A stretch of 39,228 nucleotides of DNA from Octopus bimaculoides (taxonomy: Eukaryota), in contig NC_068998.1 of NCBI RefSeq assembly GCF_001194135.2, forward strand, positions 11,627,780 through 11,667,007, in the 5' to 3' direction. A program made the position numbers and the translations under genes. Numbering within the stretch: position 1 is the stretch's first letter; each line of letters begins with the position of its first letter. Under the pieces are notes generated by a model. That model ran no database searches. It had not been told where the DNA came from and saw nothing but the letters and a program-made list of their open reading frames with translations. Positions 1-12,679 of this stretch are shown here, one piece after another.

Positions 1-866
1 TAAACATTAACATCTAAACAACGTTTCGATCGGTTTGGTCTTCAGTCATCCTCGGGGATCTAATTCTCTGGTTGAAATTTGTGTAAACATTATATATAAA
101 AATATTATGATAAGATTAGTAGCCCTAAAGAGTATAATCTTATTAACAATAACAGCTCACTTCAGACAATTTCCAAACAACTTCGACATAACTTATTTTA
201 AAGAAATTCTTCAGTTTCAACCCCTGAATGAGAACGAGTTGGGAAAACTGGGAACACATCCAACTGATAAAAGATGTTTTTTATAACGAAAATAGGGGCG
301 TAAATAGCGGGGGGGGAAACTAACACAAAAACGACAATAAATAAATGATAGTGAATAAATTGTAACTATTTTCGTTATGAGAAACATTTGTTAATCAGTT
401 TGAAGTGTTTGGTAACGTTTGGGTCTCGAAACAAGGACTTTTGAAGAACTAACAAATATTAAGGAACATAACATTGTTCCATTAATTTTGAAACAATTTT
501 ATTTTCTTAAAGAATTAATAATTTTTTTTCTTCTTCTAGATATCAATTTTTCGTTGTGACGCACCTGCTAGATGCTGCTTAAATATCAAATTTTACTTAT
601 TAGACAACGAATGTAATTGATAAATCAATTTGTTCAAGGTTGCTGACCCCAAAACTGAAATTGTGCCAAGGTAAACGGAGAAACGAATGATTTTCTTTCT
701 ATATTTGAGGAACACATTTTAAAAAAACTTTACAAAGAGGAACACAGATGTATTATATTATCTACAAACTCTAGTTCAACGCTTCATGGTTATTAAATCA
801 AATTTCATTCGATGTAACTATACGTTTTATACCCCTAAGGAAATTGTGTTAAGGATTTAGACTGTA

Positions 867-914
867 CCTTTTTAAGACATAAAATTGCTATACTAATTTT
901 ATGTCTTAAAAAGG
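867..914. repeat. Perfect 20-bp inverted repeat with 8-nt loop
   Basis: CCTTTTTAAGACATAAAATT-GCTATACT-AATTTTATGTCTTAAAAAGG. Confidence 0.9.
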
Positions 915-1850
915 AATCGATTAGGGTATTTTTTGGTTTAATTCTATAACTTTTATTTATATATCTGTATTGCATTTTACAGAAGTTATGTAAAAAATCT
1001 ATCATAAGCAGAAATACGTCTGGCGTTAAGGTTAACAATTTTGTAGACAAGTGACTTATCACAGCAATGACATTTCGCTATAAATGGCTTGTCAGTAATT
1101 GCACTTCAAGGCCATTCTGCATATGAAGTTTATGATTCTGTAGAGAAAGGACAGTCCTTAACCTTCGGTTTAACGAATTTAACATGTTCTATTGATTTCA
1201 TTATTGTATTTAATAGCATAAAATCTGTATAAGCATATTAGACACACCCCACAAATTCAAGAAAAAAGTCTTCAGGGCATTAAAGCTTGAAGGAGGCTCA
1301 ACTTCTTATGTAGGATTCGAAGTGATGTTTTTTTGGAAAGAGTGCGTCAAATGCCATCAAATACGATAATGATGATTATTATACTTAGTTACCACGAAAA
1401 GTAGTGTTGGTGCATCGGTTATTTTTGTACACAGAGGACAAAAAAATCTTCAATTTGCTATGTTTTGTGATGTTACATTTGGGTAAATATAAAGAGAAAG
1501 CGTTTTCCATATTCCTATATGAATAACATGAAACAAACATTAAAAAATTTTTTTACGACTGATGCCAGAAAAAAATTGTGATAAATAATTAATTTGGAAG
1601 AAAGTCTGCCAAAATCTTCTGCCTCCCACTTAGAAAGTTACGATGCACTTTTAACGAAGGAAATGCCAGCCCAGACTGACTAAGGTGTATTACATTTTGT
1701 AAACTCATTAAAGGAAAAAAAAAAAAAAGAGAATTTTGTAATCAGGGATGTACCTGTAAGGTTACTACTAAATACCTTACATCGTATTTTTATTTTACTG
1801 CACAGCAATCCATTTGGCTATTCAAATAAAATAAAAGAAGGGAGACAAAG

Positions 1851-2205
1851 ATATATATATATATATATATATACATACATACATACATATATATATACAT
1901 ACATACATATATATATATATATACATACATACATATATATATATATACATACATACATATATACATACATACATATATACATACATACATAGAGAGAGAG
2001 AGAGAGAGAGAGATACATACACACTCATATATATATATATATATACATACCTATATAAACATATATATAGTCATACATATAATGTACACATATATATACA
2101 TACATGCATGCATATACACACATTGTACATATCTATCTATCTACACATACGTATATATAAATACATATACATACATACATGCACAATCACATACATACAT
2201 ACATG
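1851..2205. repeat. Compound (TA)n/(TACA)n/(GA)n microsatellite
   Basis: Direct inspection. Confidence 0.95.
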
Positions 2206-4302
2206 CATTTCTGTTTTAGCGAAAACTTAGACTCATATATGGAGCCAGCACATATTACATTTCCGTTGCATTTCTAATAGTCTGAAGAGAAAGAAACATA
2301 AACCTCCTACAATATATCTTCTGCTTGTTTTCTATAAAAACAATGGCTATTTTGGGCCAAGCAAAAAATCGTCTCATTTGCGACTCGTCTGCATAAATGC
2401 TTAAATATTGTATTATGGTTTTAAACACTCCACAAAACTCACAGACACCAGAGTATTATCTTAGGAAATAAATATACTTTTAATTAACGCACAATAAGAT
2501 GCAAATACATAAATGCATGGTGCAACAGGGCAGCTTCGCTATGGTTGCCTGATGTATTAGAAATAGCAGCTAAACATTCCCAAAATTACACCCTGCCGTC
2601 TTAGAAACGGACCAGTTGGATAATGTAATCATGGGTCCTCTACATCTAGGAATACGATGGGATAGTCACGGATGGAATGCTTTTGATGATAGGTCTGCTC
2701 GTTCAGGACTGAGCTGGGGCTAAAACCAACATCATCACCATCAACAACGAAATCATAAAAGTATGACGATTTAATATATTCAAATGCAGATATGTTAATG
2801 TATTCGCATTACAGAATGGTCTTTCGTCAAAGTATTTGAATATGCTAATTAAATATTATAATATATTGAAATAATATGAAGAAAACGTGAATACGTAGTA
2901 TGATATAAACAACAAATTGTTGCGAATTCATCGGTTTTAATGTTCAAATTTATTTTTTCTAGTTTGCATGATATATAAAATATTATAAGAAATATATTTC
3001 TTCGGAAATTAGTATCTTATTATTTTTTGTCTGTTTGCTTAAATGAAAGATGGTTTAGCAAAAGACCTTGACATTAAAAGTTCAAGGTGAAATAAATTGG
3101 ATTTCTTTCTCTCTTTCGCGGGATGTAAATGAAAATCAAGCATTTATGGTTTAAAACAACTTAATTCTATATTATATTTCTGGAAAAAAAAAAAATTATA
3201 GAAAAAAAAAAACCCCGAAGAAAGTGAATAGAAAGCTTGATATAATATTAAAATCATTCTGCGGAATTGGTAAGGATAATTACAAAATTAGTAACAATAA
3301 ATAAATAAATAAATAAATAGATAAATAAATAAGCAGAATTTTTAAAATAATTACTGTTAAAAAAGACATTAATTGCATTAGTCGTTGTTAAAAGTACACG
3401 ACAATCTGTCGTATATAGGAGTACATTACCAATTTCCAGATTGTCAGCAAACGACCTTCAGACAATGATGAAGGTTATTTTAGTACTGCTTTGTGTTAGA
3501 TAGAATTAAATTAAAGCGAATGTTGTTGCTTAATGATGTTAACAAAGCGATGCGGGATAATAACAATCAATTCCTGCAAGTAGAAGAATATAAGAAAAAA
3601 AAGGAAAGAAAGAACATCTGAAAAGCAAAATTTCGATGCTACGATGAACAACTTACCCGGGTAAAGATCTGAGACTTTCCCCCTGTCACGTTCGCCAACA
3701 ACTGTCAAACGTAAGGGCAAGGTTCTTGCTATATACACAATGCAGACGCCACCTACTACTATAAAACAGACGTGCCAGTGTTTAAGGGAGGTAATGATGG
3801 CGATAATAAAGAAGTCGCCTCCCTGTATATTTTTTTTTTTTTTACTGATACCTATTTTTGTATATTATAAGCACCATTTTTAGTCGAAAAAGAACAATGC
3901 ATTTTGAAACATAAACGTTGAGCAACGGAATTCGAACGAGAATGTCAATTACACCTCAGGGCACCTGATATTTAATCTCCAATTAGGCGTTGGGCGGACT
4001 ATTTTAACTAGATTAGATAGCTACAACAGGACGTTAGCCGCTAATTCATAATTTGTTCGAGATATTTCTAATAGCAAACATAGACCCAATGTAGAGCATC
4101 TCACTGTGTTGAACATTAGTAATTGTTATTAACATATTTTATGTAGCAGCAAACAGCGGCGTTATAAATCTAACTAGAATTAACTTAACTATTGTTTGTG
4201 ATGAAGATGCCGTCCCTGGATTATTTGTCAATGAGGGATTCGTGGAAAAGTTCCAAGGATACCACGAAAAAGCGGAATAATAATAATAGTTATTATTTTT
4301 AC

Positions 4303-4490
4303 AAATGACACAAGGCCTGAAATTATGGGGGCAGTAGGGGGCTAGTCGATTACATCGGTACTTATTTTTATCGACCCCGAAAGAATGAAAAGCAAAATCA
4401 ACCTCGGCGGAATATGAGCTCAGAACGTAAAGACGGACAAAATGCCGCTAAGCATTTCGTCCGGCGAGCTAACAATTCTGCCAGCTCTCC
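4303..4490 (-). mobile_element. SINE family B copy
   Basis: Reverse-complement homology to 24143-24360. Confidence 0.75.
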
Positions 4491-5202
4491 GAAAATAATA
4501 ACAGAATCAACAGAACTTTTTAAGTAGAATTTTAATAGATTTCAACAAAATAATAGAATTTTGATAGAATTTAATAGAATTTTATTTTATAAAAACATTG
4601 TCTTCTCTATTTTCAAATTAATGAGTAATTTCTCATGATTTTATTTTTAAATAAAAAATAATACTCTCTCTGTAAAACGAATTTTATTCCGTTTAATGTC
4701 TTATATATTAAAACTTGTGTGCCGGGAGTTTCCTAGAAAATATTGATTCCGCGTTCCACGATCTTTGGAAAACATAGATTTCTGCGACAAAACAAGTTTG
4801 GCAACCACTGCAGTAAATAATTCTACTTTGTTACGCCAACCATTGTACACTACTTCGTCGCTACTTTGGCAAGCATAACAACGGTTGTATTTTGGTGTCG
4901 CGTTCAGGATAAGACTTGGTCATACCCGATGCGATCTCTTATACCTGCCAGAAAATAAAAATAATATTTGTCATTGATTGATATTTATCACTTTATGATA
5001 TGATTATTTTAAAATAACATTCAGCTCAACTATTAATTGGTAATCTGTCCTACTAGCGTTAAGTGACTGACAAATTATTTTATGGAGTGAAAATAGCAGA
5101 AATAATACAAAGCACCTAATAGAAGAATGTAGTGTTAACGGTAACACAATCAGCTGGCAGGTGAGAGATACGAAGTTCAAGTCAGTCGTGGTGAGTGTAG
5201 AC

Positions 5203-5390
5203 CAGTGTTCTGCAGCCGGTATGTTGCGACATACTGGTGTGCCACGAGAGGATGTTAGGTGTGCCGCAGTGTAACATGAATATAATTTTTTCCCCTTTAT
5301 ACATTTAGTTACATTTTTAGTTCAGGTGTGCCGCCAAACTTTGAAAAGAATATAAGTGTGCCGCAAGTGAAAAAAGGTTGCGGAGCACTG
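5203..5390. mobile_element. hAT (Charlie-like) MITE, 188 bp
   Basis: TIRs CAGTGTTCTGCAGCC and (rc) CAGTGCTCCGCAACC. The 8-bp flanks GTGTAGAC/TGCTAGAC resemble a decayed NTCTAGAN target duplication. Confidence 0.65.
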
Positions 5391-5829
5391 TGCTAGACAG
5401 ACCTAGCTTGTCAAGGTTATAGCAAAAACTCGAGTTGGCAGGATGTCAACTTACAAACTGTAGAGTCAACTGTTTGTCTTCTACCACCAGCACTAAAAGG
5501 AACCCCACCACCCTCTAATGACATTTTGGTCTCAATGATTCAGTTCACCAAAGACAGAAGTTCTCAGTGGCCCTCACTAAATTTCTTATTAGGGCCTACT
5601 GTGACATGTTGAAATTCTGATGAACCACCTGGACAGAAAACTCATGTATATATATACACACACACGAGGATAAGCATATTAAAAGGGGGCCGTGGGAAAA
5701 CTCATTTAAATAAAAGGGGTCCATGGTAATGAAAGGGTTGGGAACTACTAGTCTAAACGAATAAAATAGTAGGCGATTATAAAAGGAGAACATGGCATAC
5801 AGTGTATACTTCGGTGTGATGTATATCCT

Positions 5830-6032
5830 TTTCTATTCTAGGCACAAGTCCCGAAACTTTTGGGGAAGGGGCTAGTCGATCAGATCGACTCCAGTACGCA
5901 ACTGGTATTTGATTATATCGACGCCGAAAGGCAAAGATGACCTCGATGGAATTTGAAAACAGAACGTAAAGAAAGACGAAATACCGCTAAGTATTTCGCC
6001 CGGTGTGCTAACGTTTCCGCCAGCTCGCCGCT
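5830..6032 (-). mobile_element. SINE family B copy
   Basis: Reverse-complement homology to 24143-24360. Confidence 0.75.
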
Positions 6033-6512
6033 CTGGTACAATGTATATCGTAGTAAGTCTCAAGTTTGTAGTAGTTTCTCAGGGGAGATAAATCAGTAAT
6101 TCTTATTGTTATTGAATTAGGTACAAGGCCAGTAATCGCAGCGGCGTTGACGATTAAGTTAGTCGATAAAAATATCAACCTCAGAGAGCTGAAAGGCAAA
6201 GCTGATATCGGCCTGGTTTGAAATCAGAACGTAAAGAGCTGAANNNNNNNNNNNNNNNNNNNNNNNNNNNNNNNNNNNNNNNNNNNNNNNNNNNNNNNNN
6301 NNNNNNNNNNNNNNNNNNNNNNNNNNNNNNNNNNNNNNNNNNNNNNNNNNNNNNNNNNNNNNNNNNNNNNNCTCTCTCTCTTTCTCTCTCTCTCACTCTT
6401 TCTCTCTCTCTCTCAGCTAAATCTTCTGTCTATCTGTCTGTCTCTATCTGTCTGTCTCTCGTTCTCTCTCTCAGTTAAATCTTCTGTTTGTCTGTCTGTG
6501 TCTGTCTGTCTC

Positions 6513-6578
<66 letters not shown>

Positions 6579-7153
6579 CCACTCTCTCTCGTTTCTCTGA
6601 TGACTGGTTTTATAGAATATATGAGATTGTACTGGTTGTTACTCCACCTCAAACCTACATTCAGTGAATTTTTCCTTTTCGTCTGCCCTCCACTCCTGAG
6701 GCTGATTAATCGGTTTCCTTGGCGTATAAACGACCGAGCATTTCCCTGAACGGACACTGGTCCATTGCAGGATTCAAGGCCAGTAATTTTTGTGCAGAGA
6801 AAACAAATCCATAAGATCAACGCCAGTACTTGATGGGATGAAAAGTCAAGCTGACCTCGGTGTACCAGGCCATGGATGAGTATACCACAGACTAGATAAA
6901 CTCTTAGGGTCATTCCCGAGTTGGATCAACATGAGAGTGTGTGATAAGGTTGGACCTTTCAATTAAATGAAATGTACACCCGACAGGCTTCAACATAGTT
7001 TTCAACTACGCAGTTTCACTCACAGAGATTGGATCGATCCAGACAGTTGGTAAAGACACATGTCCAAGATACCACCTGTTGGGATCGAACTAGAGAATTC
7101 GCGATTCGTTGTTGCACGAACTTCTTAACCACTCAGCCAAGCCTGGAAAGAGA

Positions 7154-7196
<43 letters not shown>

Positions 7197-7597
7197 ACCG
7201 CTCTCTCTATGTATGTATGTATGAATGTATGTATATATATGTATGTACGTGTCTGCCTGTCTGTCCGTCCGTCTGTATGTCTTCTGTGTGTCTGTCTGTC
7301 TATCTATCTATCTATCTATCTATCCGTCCACACACATATACATACATACGTATATACATACACACATACATAATACATACATACATACATACATATATAC
7401 ATACATACATACATACATACATGCATACACGTACATAATGTGTGTATACATACACGCATAGACCTATATACACATTAATATGTTTCAAGTCGCAGGCCAT
7501 AGTTACGTACCTAGGTAACTAAAATATTTTAGAGACACGTCTCTTCAAAGAGAAGTTCTTCATAATTTATGTAAATTTTTCTCGTACTCTCTGTAAA

Positions 7598-7655
7598 CCA
7601 GGGCAAGGCCGGTCGTTGCTGCCAGCCAAATCCTAACGTACAAGTTACACGCACA

Positions 7656-7694
<39 letters not shown>

Positions 7695-8095
7695 ACACAC
7701 ATACATACATACATACATACATACATACATCTAGTATATATAAATCACAGTATGTGTGTGTGTGTATATTTACTAACGCATGCATTTCCAGAATTCTCAA
7801 CCGATTTTCACCAAACTTTACACACACATTACTTATGTGCCAAGGATGGTCATGCACTATAACATTTTGCCCAGAGCTTTTGCGCAAATGGACAAACCGA
7901 GAAAAACTGTGGTTTACGCGGGTTTTTATCTAATTCGTTGTATGTACATAGTTTTTTGTATGTAAGGTCTTACATATTTTTAAAATCTATATGGTTATAT
8001 ATTTGCATTACAGAATATTTTTGGGCTGTTTTTAGGTATTTTTATTTCTTATTTATTTATATGTTAAAACTCCAAGGGACGAGTGCGTTTGCTAG
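7598..8095 (+). mobile_element. Helitron-like remnants (a 3'-end-like hairpin at ~7598-7625 and an A|TC 5'-end-like start at 7730)
   Basis: CAGGGCAAGGCCGGTCGTTGCTGCCAG resembles non-autonomous Helitron 3' hairpins. TCTAGTATATATAAAT-(TG)n-...AACCGATTTTCACCAAACTT resembles Lep1-like 5' ends. Termini are degenerate. Confidence 0.3.
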
Positions 8096-8110
8096 CGCGA
8101 GCGTGTGTAT

Positions 8111-8235
8111 CGCACCTGAACTAAAAGTATAACTAAAAGTATAGGAAAAAAATTATATTCAGGTTACACTGCGGCACAACAAGCATCGTCACGTGACAAA
8201 CCAGTGTGTCGCGGAATACCGGTTGCGGAGCACTG
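8111..8235. mobile_element. Second, one-end-truncated copy of the same hAT MITE in opposite orientation
   Basis: Aligns by eye with the reverse complement of ~5203-5330 (CACCTGAACTAAAA...TTATATTCA.GTTACACTGCGGCACA...ACCGGTTGCGGAGCACTG). Confidence 0.65.
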
Positions 8236-8250
8236 ATATATATATTACTC

Positions 8251-8365
8251 TTATACAACAGAGTGGTCGTCAGTGACTTCGAAGTTTCGGTTAGCTAAGC
8301 CATCGTCGAACGATGGCTTAGCCAGCCGAAACTTCGAAGTCCCTGTCAAGAACATTCTTGTATAA
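8251..8365. repeat. Near-perfect palindrome formed by two head-to-head hammerhead-like remnants
   Basis: Arms 8275-8306 and 8310-8341 pair at 30/32 positions, with outer TTATACAA/TTGTATAA. Each arm reads (GA)CGA-T-GGCT(TAGCC)AGCC-GAAAC-TTCGAA-GTC; only the CU of the CUGA core is lost at the junction. Confidence 0.6.
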
Positions 8366-8566
8366 AAATNNNNNNNNNNTCGTCAGTGACTTCGAAGTTT
8401 CGGTTAGCTAAGCCATCGTCGAACGATGGCTTAGCCAGCCGAAACTTCGAAGTCCCTGTCAAGAACATTCTTGTATAAAAATAGTAAATTTGTACACAAC
8501 AAAAGTATAGAGTAACTCGTTAAATTAATGTGAAATTGTTTTTACTGTAACTGAACACAAACCTTA

Positions 8567-8617
<51 letters not shown>

Positions 8618-9550
8618 AGTGAGTGAATGCATCAAGCTATCTTTATTTAACACTGTTCTATAATTTGGCTCTACTGCTCCAGTATGACCGGAAATTTTTA
8701 TTGCTTCCTCTTATACTCTGCATGTGCATGAAAGAGAGGGTATGTGTGTGCGTGTGTGTGTATCTTTGTGTGTGTATGCATGTGTGTGAATGTGTTTGCG
8801 CATGCGCGTATGCCTGCAAGTGTGTGTGAGTGTATATGTATGTGTGAATATGTGAGTGTGTGTTTGTGTGAGTGTGTGTGTGTGAATATGTATGAATGCG
8901 TGCGCATATGTATGTATGTATATGTGCGCAAGTGTGTGCGTGCGTATATGTATGTATGTGAGCGTGTGTGCGTGCGTGTCAATATGTATGTATGCATGTG
9001 CGCGTAAGAGTGTTTGCGTGCGCGTGTGTATACATGTGTGTATGTATGAGTGTGTATGTGTGAATATGCATGCATGCGTGCGTAAGAGCGTATACGTGCG
9101 CGTGGGTATATATGTGTGTATCTATGAACGTATGAATGTATATATATGTGCATCAGAGTGTGCGCGTGCGCGTGTGTATGTATGCGAGCGTGTGTGTGTG
9201 TGTGTGTATGTGTATATGTATGCATGCATGTGTGCGTAAGAATGTGTGCGTTCGCGCCGTGTATTCCGGTACCAGCAAGCTTTTATTTTCAATTCCTTTT
9301 TCTATTTATTTACTCTATCAATATCGAGTTTCCGAAGCCTGTATCTTCAGGAGCTTATCTGTGATATGTATCTGCAGTTAATTGCTGTCACTAAGTCCCA
9401 GACTGACTTTTAATCTGCTCCACAAATGTAATTATTTCTAGCTTATCGTTCTTTCTCAATCTTCAGCTACTTCGAGATGAAGTTTCACGACAGATAACTA
9501 GTTTATCTTTCCCAGCTCCCGCTCAGTCAGTCTGTCTGTCTGTCTGTTTG

Positions 9551-9586
<36 letters not shown>

Positions 9587-9816
9587 NNNNNNNNNNNNNN
9601 NNNNNNNNNNNNNNNNNNNNNNNNNNNNNNNNNNNNNNNNNNNNNNNNNNNNNNNNNNNNNNNNNNNNNNNNNNNNNNNNNNNNNNNNNNNNNNNNNNNN
9701 NNNNNNNNNNNNNNNNNNNNNNNNNNNNNNNNNNNNNNNNNNNNNNNNNNNNNNNNNNGTCTGCCTGCCTGCCTGCCTGTCTGTCTGTTTGCCTGCCTGC
9801 CTGCCTGCTTGCATGC

Positions 9817-9851
<35 letters not shown>

Positions 9852-10330
9852 ACTTTCATTCTGTGTCTTCCTGTCTTTCTTTCTCTTTCTTCCTCTCTTT
9901 CTTTCTGTCTGTCAGTCTGTCTCTAACCCTCCCACTCTTGTCTATTCTTCTCTTTGTCTGTTTGTCTGTGTCTCTCTTTCTTCTCTCGCCCCCCGTCCCC
10001 CTTCTGCTCTTTGTGTGCCCCTTCTTTCTTCTCTCTTTCTTTCTCAGTCTCTCGTCTTTCTTATCTCCTCTCTCTCCCTCTCTCTCTCTAAATAATCCTT
10101 CTTTCTCTCGTGTCTGTCTTGTTTGTCGCCTTTTTCGTCTGTCTCCCCTCTCTCTGTCCCTCACCCACTCTCTCTTTCTCTATGTCTCTCTCCCCCCCTT
10201 TTCCTCCCCCGTCTCCCTCCCGCTCTCTGTGTGTGTCTGTCCCATTTCTCTCTCTTTATTTCCTTCTCTCTCGTCTTCTTTTTCTCCACATCCCTCTCTG
10301 CCCCCTCTCTCTATCTCTCTTCTTTCTCTG
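8567..10330. repeat. Degenerate (TG)n, (CCTG)n and CT-rich simple-repeat block
   Basis: Direct inspection; includes gap 9587-9758. Confidence 0.9.
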
Positions 10331-10516
10331 CTTCCGACCCGACTCCATTATCTCTGTTCTTCGTTACGCTTTTAATCTACTTCTGTTTCGCCGTGATTGC
10401 CCAGTAGCCAAGATGATAAAAGTGTCACATAATTGTGTAGCTGTATCCATGGTAAGTAAATATAACTATACTACTTCAAATTACGTCGTTTCGGTTTACG
10501 TCGTTTTGGCTTTACG

Positions 10517-10680
10517 AGGTGGAAGCATAGCTGCCTGGCAAGAAGTTTGCCTCCCAACCACATGGGTTCCGGGTTCAGTCTCATTGCGTGGGACCTTAAA
10601 CAATTGTCTTCTACTATAGCCCCAGGTCGACCAAAGCCTTGTGAGTGAATTTAGTAGACGGAAACTGAGAGTAGCCCGTC
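10517..10680 (+). mobile_element. SINE family A copy
   Basis: Homologous to 28247-28410. Confidence 0.8.
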
Positions 10681-10933
10681 ATATACATACCGGATAAACT
10701 AGGTTTTCAGAAAGAGAAATCGACTAGCTAGTCTGTAAGTGGAACAGTAAAGATATGCAAAACTTTTTTCAACTTCCAAATGTGAATTTGTCAGTGTTAA
10801 CTACATCCCAAGGATGGAGCCTTGTATGTTTGTTGGAAACCGGCTCTTTCCTCAGTGGAAGATTTATAATAATTAAAAAAAGAACTGCAGGTACATACAT
10901 ACATACATATACACACACACGCACACACACACA

Positions 10934-11001
<68 letters not shown>

Positions 11002-11512
11002 NNNNNNNNNNNNNNNNNNNNNNNNNNNNNNNNNNNNNNNNNNNNNNNNNNNNNNNNNNNNNNNNNNNNNNNNNNNNNNNNNNNNNNNNNNNNNNNNNNN
11101 NNNNNNNNNNNNNNNNNNNNNNNNNNNNNNNNNNNNNNNNNNNNNNNNNNNNNNNNNNNNNNNNNNNNNNNNNNNNNNNNNNNNNNNNNNNNNNNNNNNN
11201 NNNNNNNNNNNNNNNNNNNNNNNNNNNNNNNNNNNNNNNNNNNNNNNNNNNNNNNNNNNNNNNNNNNNNNNNNNNNNNNNNNNNNNNNNNNNNNNNNNNN
11301 NNNNNNNNNNNNNNNNNNNNNNNNNNNNNNNNNNNNNNNNNNNNNNNNNNNNNNNNNNNNNNNNNNNNNNNNNNNNNNNNNNNNNNNNNNNNNNNNNNNN
11401 NNNNNNNNNNNNNNNNNNNNNNNNNNNNNNNNNNNNNNNNNNNNNNNNNNNNNNNNNNNNNNNNNNNNNNNNNNNNNNNNNNNNNNNNNNNNNNNNNNNN
11501 NNNNNNNNNNNN

Positions 11513-11826
11513 ATTAACGTACAAGTGGCTGAGCATTCCACAGACACGTGTACCCTTAACGTAGTTCTCGGGGGATATTCAGCGTGACACAGAGTGTGAC
11601 AAGGCTGGCCCCTTTGAATTACAGGCACAACAGAAACAGGAAGTAAGAGTGAGAGAAAGTTGTGGTGGAAGAGTACAGCAGGGTTCGCCACCATCCCCTG
11701 CCAGAGCCTCGTGGAGCTTGAGGTGTTTTCGCTCAATAAGCACTCACAACGCTCGGTCTGGGAATCGAAACCGCGATCCTATGACCGCGAGTCTACTGCC
11801 CTAACCAGTGGGCCATTGCGCCTCGA
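11513..11826 (-). mobile_element. SINE family C copy
   Basis: High similarity to 29370-29670. Confidence 0.8.
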
Positions 11827-11986
11827 CACACCTAATTATAGGGTAAGAGAAATCCACAAATAAGAAAAGAAAATAACAAATATTAAAAACAAAGAGATTT
11901 TCTTTTATTCAATACTTCCTTACACACCGGTCATGTTTCAACTTTCGTATCACCGGAGAAGACTGATATATATATATATATATATA

Positions 11987-12099
11987 TAGTAGAAGCTGCT
12001 TTGGATGTTATCAACCGATTAGCAAAATTAGTGGGTTCCAAGCTCTTATTTACTTAATCTCATTAGTGTCAAACCGTTCACAATAAGCAGCTTCCACTG
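11987..12099. mobile_element. pogo/Tigger-like MITE, 113 bp, TA-flanked
   Basis: TIRs TAGTAGAAGCTGCTT and (rc) CAGTGGAAGCTGCTT, with TA on both sides. Confidence 0.6.
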
Positions 12100-12117
12100 T
12101 ATGTGTGTGTATAAGTT

Positions 12118-12151
<34 letters not shown>

Positions 12152-12234
12152 TATTTGAGTGTGTATATGTGTGTGTATCTGTATATGTGTATACATATAA
12201 TATACATATTATATTATATTATATTATATTATAT

Positions 12235-12277
<43 letters not shown>

Positions 12278-12679
12278 CAGTCGTATTTTGTGGTTGGTTC
12301 AGGTAATTATATCTCTTCCTCCAAGAGAATGGCTCTGTGGTGCCTATGTAAAAAACTATATAAGATTCTAACTGATCCAGTAAAGGAGCTTCAACAGTGG
12401 TCGATGGCCTGTGAGAAATAGCAGAAAAATCTCCTCCAAGGCCTAAAGAAGTAGAGTCTTTAAAGGTCTCATTGGACAATATAGTCCTTGATATGTAAAT
12501 AGTCACGGGTTGAACGTCTTTGATCTTAGGATCGCCGAATAAAGACTGACCAAGGGTTAAATTATAATAGATAATAATATCAATGTTAATGTAAAAATAA
12601 AATCAGAACAACAAACTACAAATTAATGTTTCATTTAAAATGTATGTCATTTCCAGTCATTTAATGTCTTTATTCATAA

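Noticed and set aside
604-670. Possible + strand exon (TTATTAG|...CCAAG|GTAAAC; TTNVIDKSICSRLLTPKLKLCQ)
   Set aside because: No recognisable homology and no partner exons; such splice-like pairs are common by chance.
1070-1750. Short open stretches resembling decayed coding or transposase sequence (also 38520-38900)
   Set aside because: Multiple stops and no motif I can name.
3657-3701. Possible 45-nt minus-strand exon with a GTAAGT donor
   Set aside because: Weak acceptor and unrecognised peptide; cannot be supported without RNA data.
4900-4940. 5S rRNA-like words (GGTCATACC, CGATCTC, CCTGAACGCG)
   Set aside because: Short, on mixed strands and not colinear with 5S rRNA.
8380-8482. Apparent tandem duplication of the 103-bp palindrome unit (8267-8369)
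   Set aside because: The copies are identical and separated by a 10-N placeholder, typical of unmerged overlapping contig ends.
8623-10619. Numerous 60-275 aa ORFs (CV-, HT-, LS-rich); similar ones at 1790-2028, 7029-7887, 21439-21981, 26032-26565, 28017-28712 and 38003-38408
   Set aside because: They are translations of stop-free microsatellites with no domain content.
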